From: a bacterium
GTDB taxonomy: Bacteria; Pseudomonadota; Alphaproteobacteria; Rs-D84; CACZYB01
DNA length: 64,000 bases
Reading direction: 5' to 3'
NCBI GenBank assembly: GCA_014803575.1
Contig: JAAVBO010000022.1
Location: 4,138-68,137 of the forward strand
Within the stretch, counting starts at the first letter, position 1, and each line of letters begins with the position of its first letter. The notes below the pieces were generated by a model. That model had not been told where the DNA came from. It made no database searches and was given only the letters and a program-made list of their open reading frames with translations. The position numbers and the translations under genes were made by a program. Shown piece by piece: positions 38,255 through 49,842 of the stretch.

Positions 38255-39241
38255 ATGGGTTTCATGCAAAAGTTTATTAAGAAAAAAGTTAGTATTCAGG
38301 ATGTGTTATCAGCTTTGGAAAATTTTTCTAATGATATAAAATCCTTGAATGCAATTTCTCAAGTCGCTTCGTCGTTTTTTGGTGCAAATTGGAAGTTTAA
38401 TTTAGAACTTTATATAAGCACTATGGATAAGAAGGATAAAGAAAAGTATCTTCCAATAATCCGTAATGTTTTGACTTTTGATAAAGCAGTTTCTCTTTGG
38501 ATGGTGGCACAACAGGTATTAAAAGGTGCCAGACCAATGAATGCCGATATTATGAAAAATATTGATGAGTATGAGGAATATTTGCCTAAATTCGGAGTGG
38601 AAGGGGTAAGGCTTCTTGAAAAACTTAAAGAAAAATTCAATCTTTCCGGTGATAATGTTGTTTTGGAAAAAACGGTTGAGGAAGTTCCCGAAAGTAAACA
38701 AAATCCAGAAGAAGAGGATTATGGTGAAGAGGCAGAAGCAGTTGAAAATATTGAAGAAACTCCTAAATCCGATAAAATTTTAAAAAGAGTTTCGAGTAAG
38801 GAATTGGAAGAGGGAGTTTTTGTGAAACTTCCAAAAAAAGAAGAGCCGGTTGTGAGGGAAGAGGTAAAAGTTGAAAGTGTTACTCCCGTTGAAAAAGTTG
38901 AAAAAGTTTCTGGGAATGTTTCTTCTTGGGAGCTTTCGAATTTCGTGAAAGTTTATGGATTTGTATCGCAACTTCGTGAAGTTATGTCGGCGATTTCTTT
39001 ATTTAAGGGGGCGAATTCGTTGGAAGAATATCCTTACTATGGATTTGTCATTGATGTTATAGATTATCTTGTCTTTCAAGGAGAAAAAATCTTATCTGAC
39101 GAATCAGATGATGTCATACGTCAGTATTTAAAAGGCGGAAAGCAAGAATTAGAGGAGATTATAGTATTTTATAAAAAGCAAAAACAGGAAGAAGTTGTAA
39201 TTTCTGATAATAGTGAAAATACTAAAAACGAAGAAAAATAA
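38255..39241 (+). CDS. hypothetical protein (328 aa), acidic
   Basis: No motif. Confidence 0.4.
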   Translation: MGFMQKFIKKKVSIQDVLSALENFSNDIKSLNAISQVASSFFGANWKFNLELYISTMDKKDKEKYLPIIRNVLTFDKAVSLWMVAQQVLKGARPMNADIMKNIDEYEEYLPKFGVEGVRLLEKLKEKFNLSGDNVVLEKTVEEVPESKQNPEEEDYGEEAEAVENIEETPKSDKILKRVSSKELEEGVFVKLPKKEEPVVREEVKVESVTPVEKVEKVSGNVSSWELSNFVKVYGFVSQLREVMSAISLFKGANSLEEYPYYGFVIDVIDYLVFQGEKILSDESDDVIRQYLKGGKQELEEIIVFYKKQKQEEVVISDNSENTKNEEK

Positions 39242-39308
39242 AGGTGTTTAAATTTTTGCTGGTATTTATTGAAAATACAATATAAAATACTTTTTAAGTG
39301 AGGTAAAA

Positions 39309-40595
39309 GTGAAATTAAAAAAGTTTATATATATAGTCAGTTTAATTTTTATGTCTTCCTGTTCTGATGATTTTGGAAATAATGGAATGAATGTTCCTTA
39401 TGTGGTAGATAACACTTCATACGATATAAAAGTTAATGATTATGTTCCCGTGTTTGATAAGTTGCCATCAAGAACACTTGAAAATGTGGAAAAGTTTAAT
39501 TTGGAAACTCCGTTAAGATGTGAGGTTGATTGGGATTCCCAATCCATTATTTCTGTGCAACCTTTTGCAAGACGTGATTTTTTCTTGGAAAGGGTTGATA
39601 AGGGTGATAATCTTCCTGTTTTAAAAGTGGAAAATTTATCATTTGAAAAACAACCTGTTGATGAGGTATTAAGAACTCTTCTTAAAAATACAGGAATACA
39701 GGTGTATGCAACCGATGGTTTTTATAAGAAAATATCGCAAAGTGAGATCAGCGGTGATTTAACAAAGGTTGTTGATTTGATTACCTCCCTTGGTAATGTT
39801 TATTATTCCTATGATAATAGGATAAAGCGTCTTACACTTCGTAAATATGCAAAGTGGAATTTGCATGTGCCACTTTCGACGGATGTTATTCTTGCAATGG
39901 AAGATTCTCTTCGCGGTGCGGATATTGATGACATAGTTGTTGATTGGGAAGACAAGGTTATTATATTTGAAGGAGATGTCGTTGTCGAAGATAAGGTCAG
40001 AAATATAGTTAATAAGTTTTCAATAGAAAATTATCTTCTTGCATTTGATATTGATGTATATCGTGTTTATCCAAGGGCTTTGGATAATTCGATTATTTGG
40101 ATGAATATATTGGAAGCGTTTAATACCGGTTCAATAAAACTTTCTCAAAAGGGGGTAATCGGACGTGCTCTTGTCGTTTCATCAAACTTTAATCGTGACA
40201 GTTTGTATGAGTTTTTGAAACCTCAGGCAAATACTGTGTTGGTTTCAAGTGGAACTTTTATTACTCCTGATAGATGGCAGGGCAGGTTTGATATTGGCAG
40301 ATGCGGTAGAGAAGTGCGTCTTGAAACGGATCTTAATATTTTGACTCAGGCACAGTTCTATCCAAATGATAAAAATGTCGGAAAAATTGATTCTACTATT
40401 GTACTTAGAACTTCTAACGGTGATATTGCGAAATATACCGTGCCAAGCAGACTTGGTGATAATATTTTGATTATTGGTATTCCAACGCAATATTTTGTGG
40501 ATGGAAAGGAAACTATTATTCCGCCTAATGCCGAATTGGTTGTGTTGGTAAGTCCCAGAATTATAAAAATTGTTCATCCTTTGGAAGATAAGTAA
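39309..40595 (+). CDS. putative lipoprotein, hypothetical
   Basis: Lipobox IFMSSCSDD; no motif. Confidence 0.4.
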   Translation: MKLKKFIYIVSLIFMSSCSDDFGNNGMNVPYVVDNTSYDIKVNDYVPVFDKLPSRTLENVEKFNLETPLRCEVDWDSQSIISVQPFARRDFFLERVDKGDNLPVLKVENLSFEKQPVDEVLRTLLKNTGIQVYATDGFYKKISQSEISGDLTKVVDLITSLGNVYYSYDNRIKRLTLRKYAKWNLHVPLSTDVILAMEDSLRGADIDDIVVDWEDKVIIFEGDVVVEDKVRNIVNKFSIENYLLAFDIDVYRVYPRALDNSIIWMNILEAFNTGSIKLSQKGVIGRALVVSSNFNRDSLYEFLKPQANTVLVSSGTFITPDRWQGRFDIGRCGREVRLETDLNILTQAQFYPNDKNVGKIDSTIVLRTSNGDIAKYTVPSRLGDNILIIGIPTQYFVDGKETIIPPNAELVVLVSPRIIKIVHPLEDK

Positions 40596-40605
40596 AGGTT
40601 TTTTT

Positions 40606-41886
40606 ATGTTTATTAAGTATTTTGAGTTTTTGATTGCTTGGCGATATTTAAAATCGAAAAGAAAAGATGGTTTTATTTCTGTAATTTCCTGGCTTTCTCT
40701 TATCGGTATTACTTTGGGAGTGGCTACTCTTGTCATAGTTATGTCTGTTATGAATGGGTTTAGGGAAGAAATGCTTTCTAAAATCCTTGGCATAAATGGT
40801 CATGTTACCGTGATGTCTTCGTTTGTGCGGGAATTTGAAAATCCGGACAGGGTTATTGGGAAAATTACTTCCTCTGATTTATCTTCGTATATAAAAGATG
40901 GGAATTTTATTATTCCTATTATTGAAGATCAAGTTATGATGTCATCCGAAGGTGTTTCAATGGGTGGAATGTTAAGGGCTATGAGTGTTGATGATATGGC
41001 GAAGTTATCTCCTGCATTTAAAAGTGTGTATGGACTTGATATGGAGGGTAATGAGTTCCCTAGATTGGAACGTGGTGATGTGGTTATCGGGTATCAGCTT
41101 GCAAATAAACTTGGTGTTGATATTGGTGATGAAATTACCTTGACTACGGCAAGGGGGAATATTACGGCATTTGGAACCGTGCCACGGATTAAATCTTATC
41201 GTGTGGGGGCCGTGTTTAATACTGGGATGTCTATTTATGATTCCGGATTTGTGTTTATGCAACTTGATGATGCACAATTATTTTTTGATTTGGAAAATAA
41301 AGTTTCTCATATAGAAATATTTTTAAATAATCCTGATGATTCCGTTGTTTTTGTGGAAAGGGCGAAGAGTGTGATTACTCCTGCATTTAGGGCTTATACA
41401 TGGCAAAGTCAAAATTCTTCGTTTGTGTCGGCACTTAATGTAGAAAGAAATGTTATGTTTTTGATTTTGACACTGATTATTTTGGTTGCTTCATTCAATA
41501 TAATTTCTTCGCTTGTGATGTTGGTGAAGGAAAAATCCCATGATATTGCTGTGTTCAGGACTATTGGTGCAAGTCGTGGTGAAGTTATGCGAATCTTTTT
41601 TATAGCTGGAAGTTTTATTGGTGTAGTTGGAACATTTTGCGGGGTGATGCTTGGACTCCTTATCAGCTTTAATATTGAATGGGTAAGACAGGCTTTTCAA
41701 ACATTGACAGGAACAAAGTTATTTCCTGATGATGTATATTTTTTAACTGAGCTTCCTTCTAAGGTTGAGTATAATGAAGTATTATGGGTTGTTGTGATGG
41801 CTCTTGCCATTTCATTTTTGGCGACACTTTATCCTTCACGAAAAGCGGCAAAGCAAGAACCGATTGATGTATTAAGGTATGAATAA
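40606..41886 (+). CDS. lipoprotein-releasing system permease LolC/LolE family
   Basis: FtsX-like permease, MFIKYFEFLIAWRYLKSKRK N-terminus typical of LolC/E; ATG 40606 preferred over track start 40570. Confidence 0.8.
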   Translation: MFIKYFEFLIAWRYLKSKRKDGFISVISWLSLIGITLGVATLVIVMSVMNGFREEMLSKILGINGHVTVMSSFVREFENPDRVIGKITSSDLSSYIKDGNFIIPIIEDQVMMSSEGVSMGGMLRAMSVDDMAKLSPAFKSVYGLDMEGNEFPRLERGDVVIGYQLANKLGVDIGDEITLTTARGNITAFGTVPRIKSYRVGAVFNTGMSIYDSGFVFMQLDDAQLFFDLENKVSHIEIFLNNPDDSVVFVERAKSVITPAFRAYTWQSQNSSFVSALNVERNVMFLILTLIILVASFNIISSLVMLVKEKSHDIAVFRTIGASRGEVMRIFFIAGSFIGVVGTFCGVMLGLLISFNIEWVRQAFQTLTGTKLFPDDVYFLTELPSKVEYNEVLWVVVMALAISFLATLYPSRKAAKQEPIDVLRYE

Positions 41887-42639
41887 ATGGCAGATAAAAT
41901 TGTTTTGGAATTAAAAGGACTTAACAAATCTTTCAATCAAGGCGAAAGCAAGATTGTCATACTTAATGATGCTTCTTTTTCAATTAAAAAAGGTGAAATT
42001 GTTGCACTTATCGGTCCATCGGGAACCGGAAAATCCACACTTCTTTATACCGCCGGACTTCTTGATAAAGCGGACAGTGGGGATGTTATTATTGATGGAA
42101 AAATGACATCAAAATTAAGTGATAATCAAAAAACTAAGCTAAGGTGTAAAAAGATTGGTTTTGTGTATCAGCAACATAATTTATTTGCTGATTTTACCGC
42201 AGGGGAAAATGTGATGTTGCCTTTGTTGATTAATGGTGTAAAGAGGGAGCGTGCGTTGGAAATTGCAAAATCTCATTTGGATAAAATGGGGTTGATTAAC
42301 AGAATTAATCACAGACCGATGGAGATGTCTGGCGGTGAACAGCAAAGAGTTGCGATTGCAAGAGCTCTTGCAAATTCACCTATGTTATTATTGGCTGATG
42401 AACCAACGGGGAATCTTGATCCATATAATTCCGAGGTTGTTTTTGAAAATTTGTTATTGCGTGTAAGAAATGATAATATGACTGCATTTATTGCAACACA
42501 TAATCCTATTCTTGCAAAAAAAATGGATAGGAAAATTGCTCTTGTCGACGGGAAGTTGGTTGATATTGATTTAAAAGAAAATATGCAAGTCCTTGAAAAT
42601 TCATCTATGGGTAGGAAAATTTTGGAAGCCTTTAAATAA
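41887..42639 (+). CDS. lolD: lipoprotein-releasing system ATP-binding protein LolD
   Basis: ABC ATPase Walker [10 protein letters not shown], signature [15 protein letters not shown], adjacent to LolC/E. Confidence 0.85.
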   Translation: MADKIVLELKGLNKSFNQGESKIVILNDASFSIKKGEIVALIGPSGTGKSTLLYTAGLLDKADSGDVIIDGKMTSKLSDNQKTKLRCKKIGFVYQQHNLFADFTAGENVMLPLLINGVKRERALEIAKSHLDKMGLINRINHRPMEMSGGEQQRVAIARALANSPMLLLADEPTGNLDPYNSEVVFENLLLRVRNDNMTAFIATHNPILAKKMDRKIALVDGKLVDIDLKENMQVLENSSMGRKILEAFK

Positions 42640-42703
42640 TACTTGACTGAAAAATATTTTGGTTTATTATTTCATATAACAGTTAACTTGTGGGGCTATT
42701 ATT

Positions 42704-43132
42704 ATGATTAAGAATCGCATTTATGCAAAAGATGACGTAATCAAATACAATAATGCTTTTTCCAAATTAGGTTACATACCTATATTTGAACCTGCAAATG
42801 AATTTACTTCCAGATTTTTTCACTTTAAAGGTGTGTTAAGAAAATTATCTGATGAAGATGTTCCTGTTATTAATTTTTTTAAGGGAAAATTATTTAAACC
42901 CGAATCTTTAAAAAATGTTGAAGATAAATTAAAGGGGTATAGATATGTTATTTCTCATACCAATATTTTAGATAAAAGTAGGGATTTATTGAGTGTGAGG
43001 TTGTTGAGTAAGAGAATTAGTTTAAGTGAAAAATCTTTGGAAGATTTATTTAAACGAGTAGAAGAATTTAATACAAAGAAAAATTTCAATTTATTAAAAG
43101 AAACGGCTGAATCAAAAAGACAGAATCGTTGA
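42704..43132 (+). CDS. hypothetical protein
   Basis: No motif. Confidence 0.35.
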   Translation: MIKNRIYAKDDVIKYNNAFSKLGYIPIFEPANEFTSRFFHFKGVLRKLSDEDVPVINFFKGKLFKPESLKNVEDKLKGYRYVISHTNILDKSRDLLSVRLLSKRISLSEKSLEDLFKRVEEFNTKKNFNLLKETAESKRQNR

Positions 43133-43169
43133 TTTTAATTATATTAACTTTAATAATGGAGATATATTT

Positions 43170-43475
43170 ATGAATACAATTTTTAGAAATGAATATTTAA
43201 AAAAAGAATATAAAGAAATTAAACCTATGTCAAAAACGGAATATCTTGAAATGCTTTTTTTGATAAGTAAGTATTATGATGTTTCTAATGCCGATTATCA
43301 AGCAATTCTTTTTTGGCCTAATTTGAATGCTCATGTGCCTTCTGTTATTAATCCATTTAAAAATCCAGAAAGTAATGCTCCATCTGATCCTAAGGCAAGA
43401 GCGGTAGTTATTAAAGAATTGTCCCTTAAATTCGTTAATGAAAAATTGTCCTTTAAAGTTGGTAATGAAAGATAG
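43170..43475 (+). CDS. hypothetical protein
   Basis: No motif. Confidence 0.3.
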   Translation: MNTIFRNEYLKKEYKEIKPMSKTEYLEMLFLISKYYDVSNADYQAILFWPNLNAHVPSVINPFKNPESNAPSDPKARAVVIKELSLKFVNEKLSFKVGNER

Positions 43476-43478
43476 ATT

Positions 43479-44084
43479 TTATTTAGTTAAATCGAAAATT
43501 TCACCACGAATTTCATCAAGACCAGTTCCGTTTTCGGAGCTGGTTGCTATTATTATAGGGTGCATTGCCGGATGTTCGTTGTATATAAGTTGAGTTTTTT
43601 CCTTTATATTATCTAATTCTTTTGCTGAAATTTTATCTGTTTTTGTAAGGATTATTTGATAGTTAACTGCGGCTATGTCAAGCATTTTCATCATATCAGT
43701 ATCGACAGCCTTTACACCCTGTCGCGAATCTATTAATAAGAATACACGGCGAAGTTGGGCACGTCCCTTTAAATAAGTATTTACATTATTGTTCCAGTTT
43801 TTGACAATTTCCTTTGGTGCCTTTGCAAAGCCGTATCCTGGTAAGTCAACAATCATTATTGTGTCTGTTATATTAAAGAAATTGAGTGTTTGTGTGCGTC
43901 CAGGTGTTGATGATGTTTTTGCAAGATTTGGGGTTGAAAAAATTGCGTTTATAAGTGATGATTTTCCAACGTTGGAGCGACCTATAAATGCAATTTCCGG
44001 AAGACAGGTTGCCGGAATATCAAAAACGTTTGGAAAACTTCCTATAAAGGTAGGTTTATTTTTTAAAAATTCTTTTAGTTTCAT
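43479..44084 (-). CDS. engB: ribosome biogenesis GTP-binding protein EngB/YihA
   Basis: GRSNVGKSSLINA G1 motif, DLPGYG G3. Confidence 0.85.
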   Translation of the reverse strand: MKLKEFLKNKPTFIGSFPNVFDIPATCLPEIAFIGRSNVGKSSLINAIFSTPNLAKTSSTPGRTQTLNFFNITDTIMIVDLPGYGFAKAPKEIVKNWNNNVNTYLKGRAQLRRVFLLIDSRQGVKAVDTDMMKMLDIAAVNYQIILTKTDKISAKELDNIKEKTQLIYNEHPAMHPIIIATSSENGTGLDEIRGEIFDLTK

Positions 44085-44091
44085 ATTATGC

Positions 44092-45756
44092 CTATCTTAT
44101 ATATTTTTGTTGTATGATGCTTAGGATATTATTTACAGTCCAATATAAAATCAAACCGCTTGGAAGTCCTGCAAACATAACAGTAAAAATCAGCGGTAAG
44201 AATTTCATAATTTTTGCCTGTGTCGGGTCTGATGCCATTGCCGGTTGTAATGTCTGTTGAATATACATTGTTATTCCCATAATTACCGGCAAAACACCTA
44301 TGTGTGGAAGCCATACCCATGGTTCAAACGGAAGAAGACCAAAAAGGTTGAATATTGTTGTTGGATCCGGTGCCGATAAATCCTGTATCCATCCGAAAAA
44401 TGGAGCTTGTCTCATTTCTATGGAGATGACAAGGGATTTATAAAGGGCTAAAAATACAGGAATTTGTAAAAGTAATGGAAGACAACCTGATAATGGGTTT
44501 ACACCGCTTTTTTTGTAAAGCATTGCAAGTTCTATATTCATTTGTTGTTTATTGTTTGCGTATAGGGTTTGAATGCGTTTCATTTCTGGTTGCATCTTTT
44601 TCATTTTTTCCATACTTTTGAATGATTTTTGTGCGATAGGGAAAAGTATTGCACGAATCATTATTGTGAAAAGTATGATTGCCAAGCCGAAGTTACCGGT
44701 TAATTTATCAAGCCATTTAAGGATTATTGTGAATGGTTTTGAAAGGATATAGAAATATCCGTAGTCAATTACCAAATCGAATTTTGGAATTGAAAATTTT
44801 TCTTCGTATTTGGAAATTATTGATGAAACTTTTGCACCAATATATATTTGAGAGGTGATTTCTTCTGACTTGTCGTGTTCAATTGTAATTATATCACGGA
44901 CGTAGTCTGCTTGGAATTGTTTGTAATTGGTTTTTGATTGCGGGGTTGGAATTTCTGATTCTTGAAGTTCTAATACACGTGCGGTGAATGAGTTATTTTG
45001 GTTTGGGATTAAGATTGTCATAAAGTAATCGGAACCGAAACCCAGCCAGCCGTTTTTTGATGAAAATTCGGCCGTTTTTTCTTTTGATATTTTGTTGTAG
45101 GTGTGTTCCTCTAATGCCCCGTCCAAAAATCCTACGAATCCTATGTGTGATGATTTTGGAGCTTCATACATATTGTGTGACTGAACGACTCTTGCATAGG
45201 GGAAAATTTCAAAATTTTCTTTTGAATTATTTGTTATTTTATCCTTTATCGTCAGCATATAGTTTTCATCAAATGATAAATCGCGGATAAAGTTAACACC
45301 GTTTTTATTGGTCCAGGAAAGAGATATGCCGTTATCTGTTTGTGATAATACTTTCCATTTTGTTTCTTCTGTTGGGATAAGATTTTCGTCAGGTTCGTTT
45401 GATAAAAATCCGAATTCTATGTAAGAAGATTTTTCATCTGATTTCGTTTCATCGCTTATATATTTTAATAATTCTATGTTTTGAGAGTTGGGATTTATAG
45501 TTTGTTTGTATTTTTTTAATATTACATCATCAATTCTTAAACCTATGCTGTTAAAATTACCTTTTAGACTTTCTGTTTCAAATGGAATAAGGTTTCTTTC
45601 AATAACTTTTTGTTTTGTTTTCGGGATGGATATGCTTTTATTTTCTTCTTTTTTATTTCCGAAAAGAAGTTGAAGTATTATGAATACGAAAAGCACATAT
45701 ATGAATGTTTTAAAAAAGCTTGGTTTTTGTTTTGTCGGTGTTATATTTTTTTCCAT
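44092..45756 (-). CDS. yidC: membrane protein insertase YidC
   Basis: 60-kDa inner membrane protein motifs (GCLPLLLQIPVF, ...). Confidence 0.9.
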   Translation of the reverse strand: MEKNITPTKQKPSFFKTFIYVLFVFIILQLLFGNKKEENKSISIPKTKQKVIERNLIPFETESLKGNFNSIGLRIDDVILKKYKQTINPNSQNIELLKYISDETKSDEKSSYIEFGFLSNEPDENLIPTEETKWKVLSQTDNGISLSWTNKNGVNFIRDLSFDENYMLTIKDKITNNSKENFEIFPYARVVQSHNMYEAPKSSHIGFVGFLDGALEEHTYNKISKEKTAEFSSKNGWLGFGSDYFMTILIPNQNNSFTARVLELQESEIPTPQSKTNYKQFQADYVRDIITIEHDKSEEITSQIYIGAKVSSIISKYEEKFSIPKFDLVIDYGYFYILSKPFTIILKWLDKLTGNFGLAIILFTIMIRAILFPIAQKSFKSMEKMKKMQPEMKRIQTLYANNKQQMNIELAMLYKKSGVNPLSGCLPLLLQIPVFLALYKSLVISIEMRQAPFFGWIQDLSAPDPTTIFNLFGLLPFEPWVWLPHIGVLPVIMGITMYIQQTLQPAMASDPTQAKIMKFLPLIFTVMFAGLPSGLILYWTVNNILSIIQQKYIR

Positions 45757-46005
45757 TTATTTCTCCTTTGATTTTTGTGGTGGAAGATCAAGTCCTCCCT
45801 TTGAAAATGGATTACATTTTAAAATTCGTTTTATTGTTAAACAGCTTCCCTTTAATATACCAAAATTTTTTAAAACTTCAATAGAATAATCTGAACAGCG
45901 CGGGTGAAATTTGCAATGGTATCTTCCGCCTATTATTGGTGAGATGAATGTTTGGTAAATTCTTATTAAAAAAATTGCAAAATATGTCAGTATTTTATTT
46001 ATCAT
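45757..46005 (-). CDS. yidD: membrane protein insertion efficiency factor YidD
   Basis: ISPIIGGRYHCKFHPRCSDYS conserved YidD motif. Confidence 0.8.
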   Translation of the reverse strand: MINKILTYFAIFLIRIYQTFISPIIGGRYHCKFHPRCSDYSIEVLKNFGILKGSCLTIKRILKCNPFSKGGLDLPPQKSKEK

Positions 46006-46035
46006 ATATATAAATGTAATAATTAAAATTGCATT

Positions 46036-46281
46036 TTACAAGTAGTTATTTTTCTTTTCTGCCTCTTTTAAAATATCAGATAATTTTAGGTTTAGAGCTT
46101 CTGCTATTTTAAGGCAAAGAAATAGAGTAGGCTTTGTGATTTTTGCCTCTAAATGACCGATAGATGTTCTGTGGACGCCAGCGAGTATAGCAAGTTTTTC
46201 GTGAGAGATTCCTCTTGCTATTCGTTCGCGTTTTAAAATATCTATAACGCTGTTTAATATTTTTTCTGTATTCTTTATCAT
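46036..46281 (-). CDS. small XRE-family HTH regulator
   Basis: ISHEKLAILAGVHRTSIGHLE HTH. Confidence 0.55.
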   Translation of the reverse strand: MIKNTEKILNSVIDILKRERIARGISHEKLAILAGVHRTSIGHLEAKITKPTLFLCLKIAEALNLKLSDILKEAEKKNNYL

Positions 46282-46358
46282 ATTTATAATATAGAAAAGA
46301 TTTGACTTATTATATAGGATATAATAATATCAGATATTATTATATCATAGGAGAATAA

Positions 46359-46607
46359 GTGCCTATTATGAGAAGACCAGTATTATTTATTATTGTTGGG
46401 GGATTTTTGGCTTCCTGTATAGAAATTTCCCCAACGCCAAAGTTTAAAGTTGTTACTTTTGAACAAATGAAGTGTGTTTCTGCTTATGAAACTTTTTTAA
46501 TAAAGAAGTGTAATTATGAGCAAAATAAAAGATTGTGTTATCAGGATTATTTAGCAAGTATGAAAAATTCAATTTATGAACATTGCGGTGTTGATATTAC
46601 AAATTGA
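46359..46607 (+). CDS. small putative lipoprotein, hypothetical
   Basis: GGFLASC lipobox. Confidence 0.35.
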   Translation: MPIMRRPVLFIIVGGFLASCIEISPTPKFKVVTFEQMKCVSAYETFLIKKCNYEQNKRLCYQDYLASMKNSIYEHCGVDITN

Positions 46608-47409
46608 TTTTTTCTATTTTTATAGGTTCTCCAAATATTGAGTATGCCTGTTGTTTATAACTTTCGGTTATATCCGTGATACCGAAAAATCTTTTACCGT
46701 CTTTTGATAAATTTGTTTCAATTTCCGGATGATTTTGTAGGTATGTGATTATTTTTTTAGGGATTATTTCATCCTGAGAAATTATATCAATTTTTCTTTG
46801 AAGAATTTTTTCTGCCTCTGTTTTTATAATATTTTTGTAATGTGGATAGTGGGTGCAACCAAGTATTATTGCCTCTATGTTTTTATTTTCAAATGTTTTG
46901 ATATAGTCTTGGATTATCGGACGAGCATATTTATCACCATTATTTTCAATTAATGGCACAAGGAGAGGAGCCGGCGTTGAATATAGTTGAATATCCTTGC
47001 TCAACTTTTTTAATTCTTGATTGAAAACATTGGAGGCGACGGTGCCATTTGTTGCAAGAAGACCTATTGATTTGTAATTGTTTTCTATTACAGTTTCAAG
47101 GGTTGGGATTACAACACCCAAAATTCGTCTGTTTGGAAAATTTTCCTTTAAATATTCTTGTTGAAGGCGTCTTAGGCTTGCTATACTTGCAGTGTTGCAA
47201 GCAATTATTATCAGTTCACAGTTTTGATTTTTGAAAAGGTAGTCGACGCAGTTTTTTGTGAAGTTGTAAATGGTTTCTTTGGAGCGGGAGCCGTAGGGAA
47301 CATGGGCTGTGTCACCTATGTATGAGAAGTTATATTCTGGTATAGATTCAATTATTGATTTTGTTATTATAAGTCCACCAAGTCCGCTGTCAAATAAACC
47401 TATGTTCAT
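46597..47409 (-). CDS. murI: glutamate racemase
   Basis: GLFDSGLGGL, ACNTAS, GCTHYP motifs. Confidence 0.85.
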   Translation of the reverse strand: MNIGLFDSGLGGLIITKSIIESIPEYNFSYIGDTAHVPYGSRSKETIYNFTKNCVDYLFKNQNCELIIIACNTASIASLRRLQQEYLKENFPNRRILGVVIPTLETVIENNYKSIGLLATNGTVASNVFNQELKKLSKDIQLYSTPAPLLVPLIENNGDKYARPIIQDYIKTFENKNIEAIILGCTHYPHYKNIIKTEAEKILQRKIDIISQDEIIPKKIITYLQNHPEIETNLSKDGKRFFGITDITESYKQQAYSIFGEPIKIEKINL

Positions 47410-47456
47410 TTTTTCCCTTTTTTTATTTTTTTAAGGGAGGTTAAAGCCTCCCTTTT

Positions 47457-49655
47457 TTATTTTTCGGTTTTTTCTTTTCTTTTTGTTTTAGGTTTGCTTT
47501 CTTTTTTTGCTTTTGTTTCAGTCTTTGTTTCGGCTTTTGTTTCACCGTTGTCTTTCTTTTTTGCCTGCTTTATAGAAAGTCTGTTTTTGCCGTCTTTTAT
47601 TTCTGTTAAAAGAACGCGAACCTTTTGACCGACCTTTAATACATCTTCTATCTTTGATGGCTTTTCATCTTGGATTTCGGTTATATGAACCATACCATCG
47701 TTGTTGCCGAGGAATGTCACAACGGCACCGAAGTCCATTATTTTTGAAACTGTTCCATCATAGATTTGACCAACTTCCGGTTCAATACAGATTTCGTTTA
47801 TTATATCGATTGCGGTTTGGATTTCTTCTTGGGTTGTTCCTGCGATTTTTACAAGACCGTTATCTTCTATTTCAATTTTGGTATTGGATTTTTCGCAGAT
47901 ACCTCTTATCACATTACCACCGCTTCCGATAATATCACGAATTTTTTTAGGATTTACATGTATTTCTACTATGGTTGGTGCGTATTTTGAAAGCTCTGTA
48001 CGTGGAGAGGTGATTGCCTCTGCCATTTTGCCGAGGATATGTTCTCTTCCGGTATGGGCTTGAGAAAGAGCTTGTTTCATAATTTCAAATGTGATTGAAG
48101 TTATTTTTATATCCATTTGAAGGGCAGTGATACCATTTTTTGTTCCGGCAACTTTGAAATCCATATCGCCAAGATGATCTTCGTCACCCATAATATCAGA
48201 AAGGATTGCGAATTTGTCGCCTTCTTTGATTAAGCCCATTGCGATACCGGCAACAGGAGCCTTAACCGGTATACCGGCATCCATCATAGCCAAACTTGCA
48301 CCGCAGGTTGTTGCCATAGATGAGGAACCGTTTGATTCTGTGATATCAGATACTACACGGATTGTGTATGGGAATTCTGCCTCTGTTGGAAGCATTGCAT
48401 GGTTTGCACGCCATGCGAGTTTTCCGTGTCCAATTTCACGGCGACCAGGAGAACCCAGTTTTCCGGTTTCACCAACTGAGAATGGAGGGAAGTTATAGTG
48501 AAGCATAAATCTTTCCCCGCGAACACCGTTTAGGTCATCTTCTAATTGTTCATCATCTTTGATACCTATTGTTGCGGATACCAAGGCTTGGGTTTCACCG
48601 CGTGTGAATAGGGCGGATCCGTGATTTCTTCCAAGGATACCTACTTCACATTCGATAGGGCGGATTGTTGTTGTATCACGACCGTCAATTCTTGGTTCAC
48701 CCTTTAAGATTGCAGTTCTCATAATTTCAGCTTCTAAATCAGAAAAAACGCTTGGTGCAATTTTTAGTGATACTTCGTCATCTTCATTGATAGATGCGAT
48801 AGCTTTTTCTTTTATTTCTGTAATTTTTTCGGCACGTTCCTGTTTTGCCTTTATTGTATAGGCTTTCTTTAATTCCTTGCCTATTAATGATTTGAATGAT
48901 TCCATTAATGTTTCGTATTCTGTTGGACGTGCAGGGATTTCCCATTTTTCGTTTCCAACTTCTTTTGCCATAGTTTTTATAAGCTTGATTATAGGTTGGA
49001 ATGATTTGAAACCGGCTTCTACGGCACCGAGCATAACTTCTTCCGATAATTCGTTTGCTTCTGATTCTACCATAAGAACGCCTTCGCTTGTTCCGGCAAC
49101 AACCAAATCAAGTTTTGAATTTTCCATTTGTTTAAGTGTTGGATTGATTACATATTTATCCTTTATATATGCAACACGAGCAGAGCCTATTGGTCCCATA
49201 AATGGTATACCGGAAACAGCAAGGGCTGCAGATGATGCAATCATTGCGACTATATCAGGATTGTTTTCCTTGTCATAATTAAATACTGTTGCGATTACTT
49301 GCACTTCGTTTTTAAAAGTTTCAGGGAAAAGTGGGCGGATAGGGCGGTCAATCAATCGTGAAACCAAAGTTTCGTGTGTTGATGGACGTCCTTCACGACG
49401 ATTGAATGAACCTGGGATTTTACCGCTTGATGCGAATTTTTCCTGATAATTAACGGTAAGTGGGAAGAAATCTTGATCTTCTTTTGGTTGTTTTTCGGCA
49501 ACTACTGTTGCAAGAACCATTGTTTCGCCATAGGTTGCCATTATTGCACCGGTTGCTTGACGTGCGATTTTTCCGGTTTGAAGGGTAAGTTTTTTGCCCT
49601 CCCACATTATTTCTTTTTCAACTATGTTGAACATACTTTTTTTCTTTCCGAACAT
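47457..49655 (-). CDS. pnp: polyribonucleotide nucleotidyltransferase (PNPase)
   Basis: Two RNase PH domains, KH and S1 domains; lysine-rich tail. Confidence 0.95.
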   Translation of the reverse strand: MFGKKKSMFNIVEKEIMWEGKKLTLQTGKIARQATGAIMATYGETMVLATVVAEKQPKEDQDFFPLTVNYQEKFASSGKIPGSFNRREGRPSTHETLVSRLIDRPIRPLFPETFKNEVQVIATVFNYDKENNPDIVAMIASSAALAVSGIPFMGPIGSARVAYIKDKYVINPTLKQMENSKLDLVVAGTSEGVLMVESEANELSEEVMLGAVEAGFKSFQPIIKLIKTMAKEVGNEKWEIPARPTEYETLMESFKSLIGKELKKAYTIKAKQERAEKITEIKEKAIASINEDDEVSLKIAPSVFSDLEAEIMRTAILKGEPRIDGRDTTTIRPIECEVGILGRNHGSALFTRGETQALVSATIGIKDDEQLEDDLNGVRGERFMLHYNFPPFSVGETGKLGSPGRREIGHGKLAWRANHAMLPTEAEFPYTIRVVSDITESNGSSSMATTCGASLAMMDAGIPVKAPVAGIAMGLIKEGDKFAILSDIMGDEDHLGDMDFKVAGTKNGITALQMDIKITSITFEIMKQALSQAHTGREHILGKMAEAITSPRTELSKYAPTIVEIHVNPKKIRDIIGSGGNVIRGICEKSNTKIEIEDNGLVKIAGTTQEEIQTAIDIINEICIEPEVGQIYDGTVSKIMDFGAVVTFLGNNDGMVHITEIQDEKPSKIEDVLKVGQKVRVLLTEIKDGKNRLSIKQAKKKDNGETKAETKTETKAKKESKPKTKRKEKTEK

Positions 49656-49804
49656 AATAAATTCCTTTCATTTTCTTTTTTATTATTTAACAAAGGAAGG
49701 AAAGCGACTGTTCATAGTCAGAAAATACAATCCAAGTTATTTTTTATTGGATTCTATATTCTGACTTTTCCACCTTTGTCTTATTTACTATATACCAAAT
49801 TGAG

Positions 49805-49830
49805 GTAAAAGGGAAGTAATTTTACTTCCC
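49805..49830 (-). promoter_or_regulatory. rpsO-pnp intergenic hairpin (rpsO terminator / pnp leader processing site)
   Basis: gggaagtaattttacttccc perfect hairpin between rpsO stop and pnp start. Confidence 0.5.
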
Positions 49831-49842
49831 CTGCCTTAAAAT

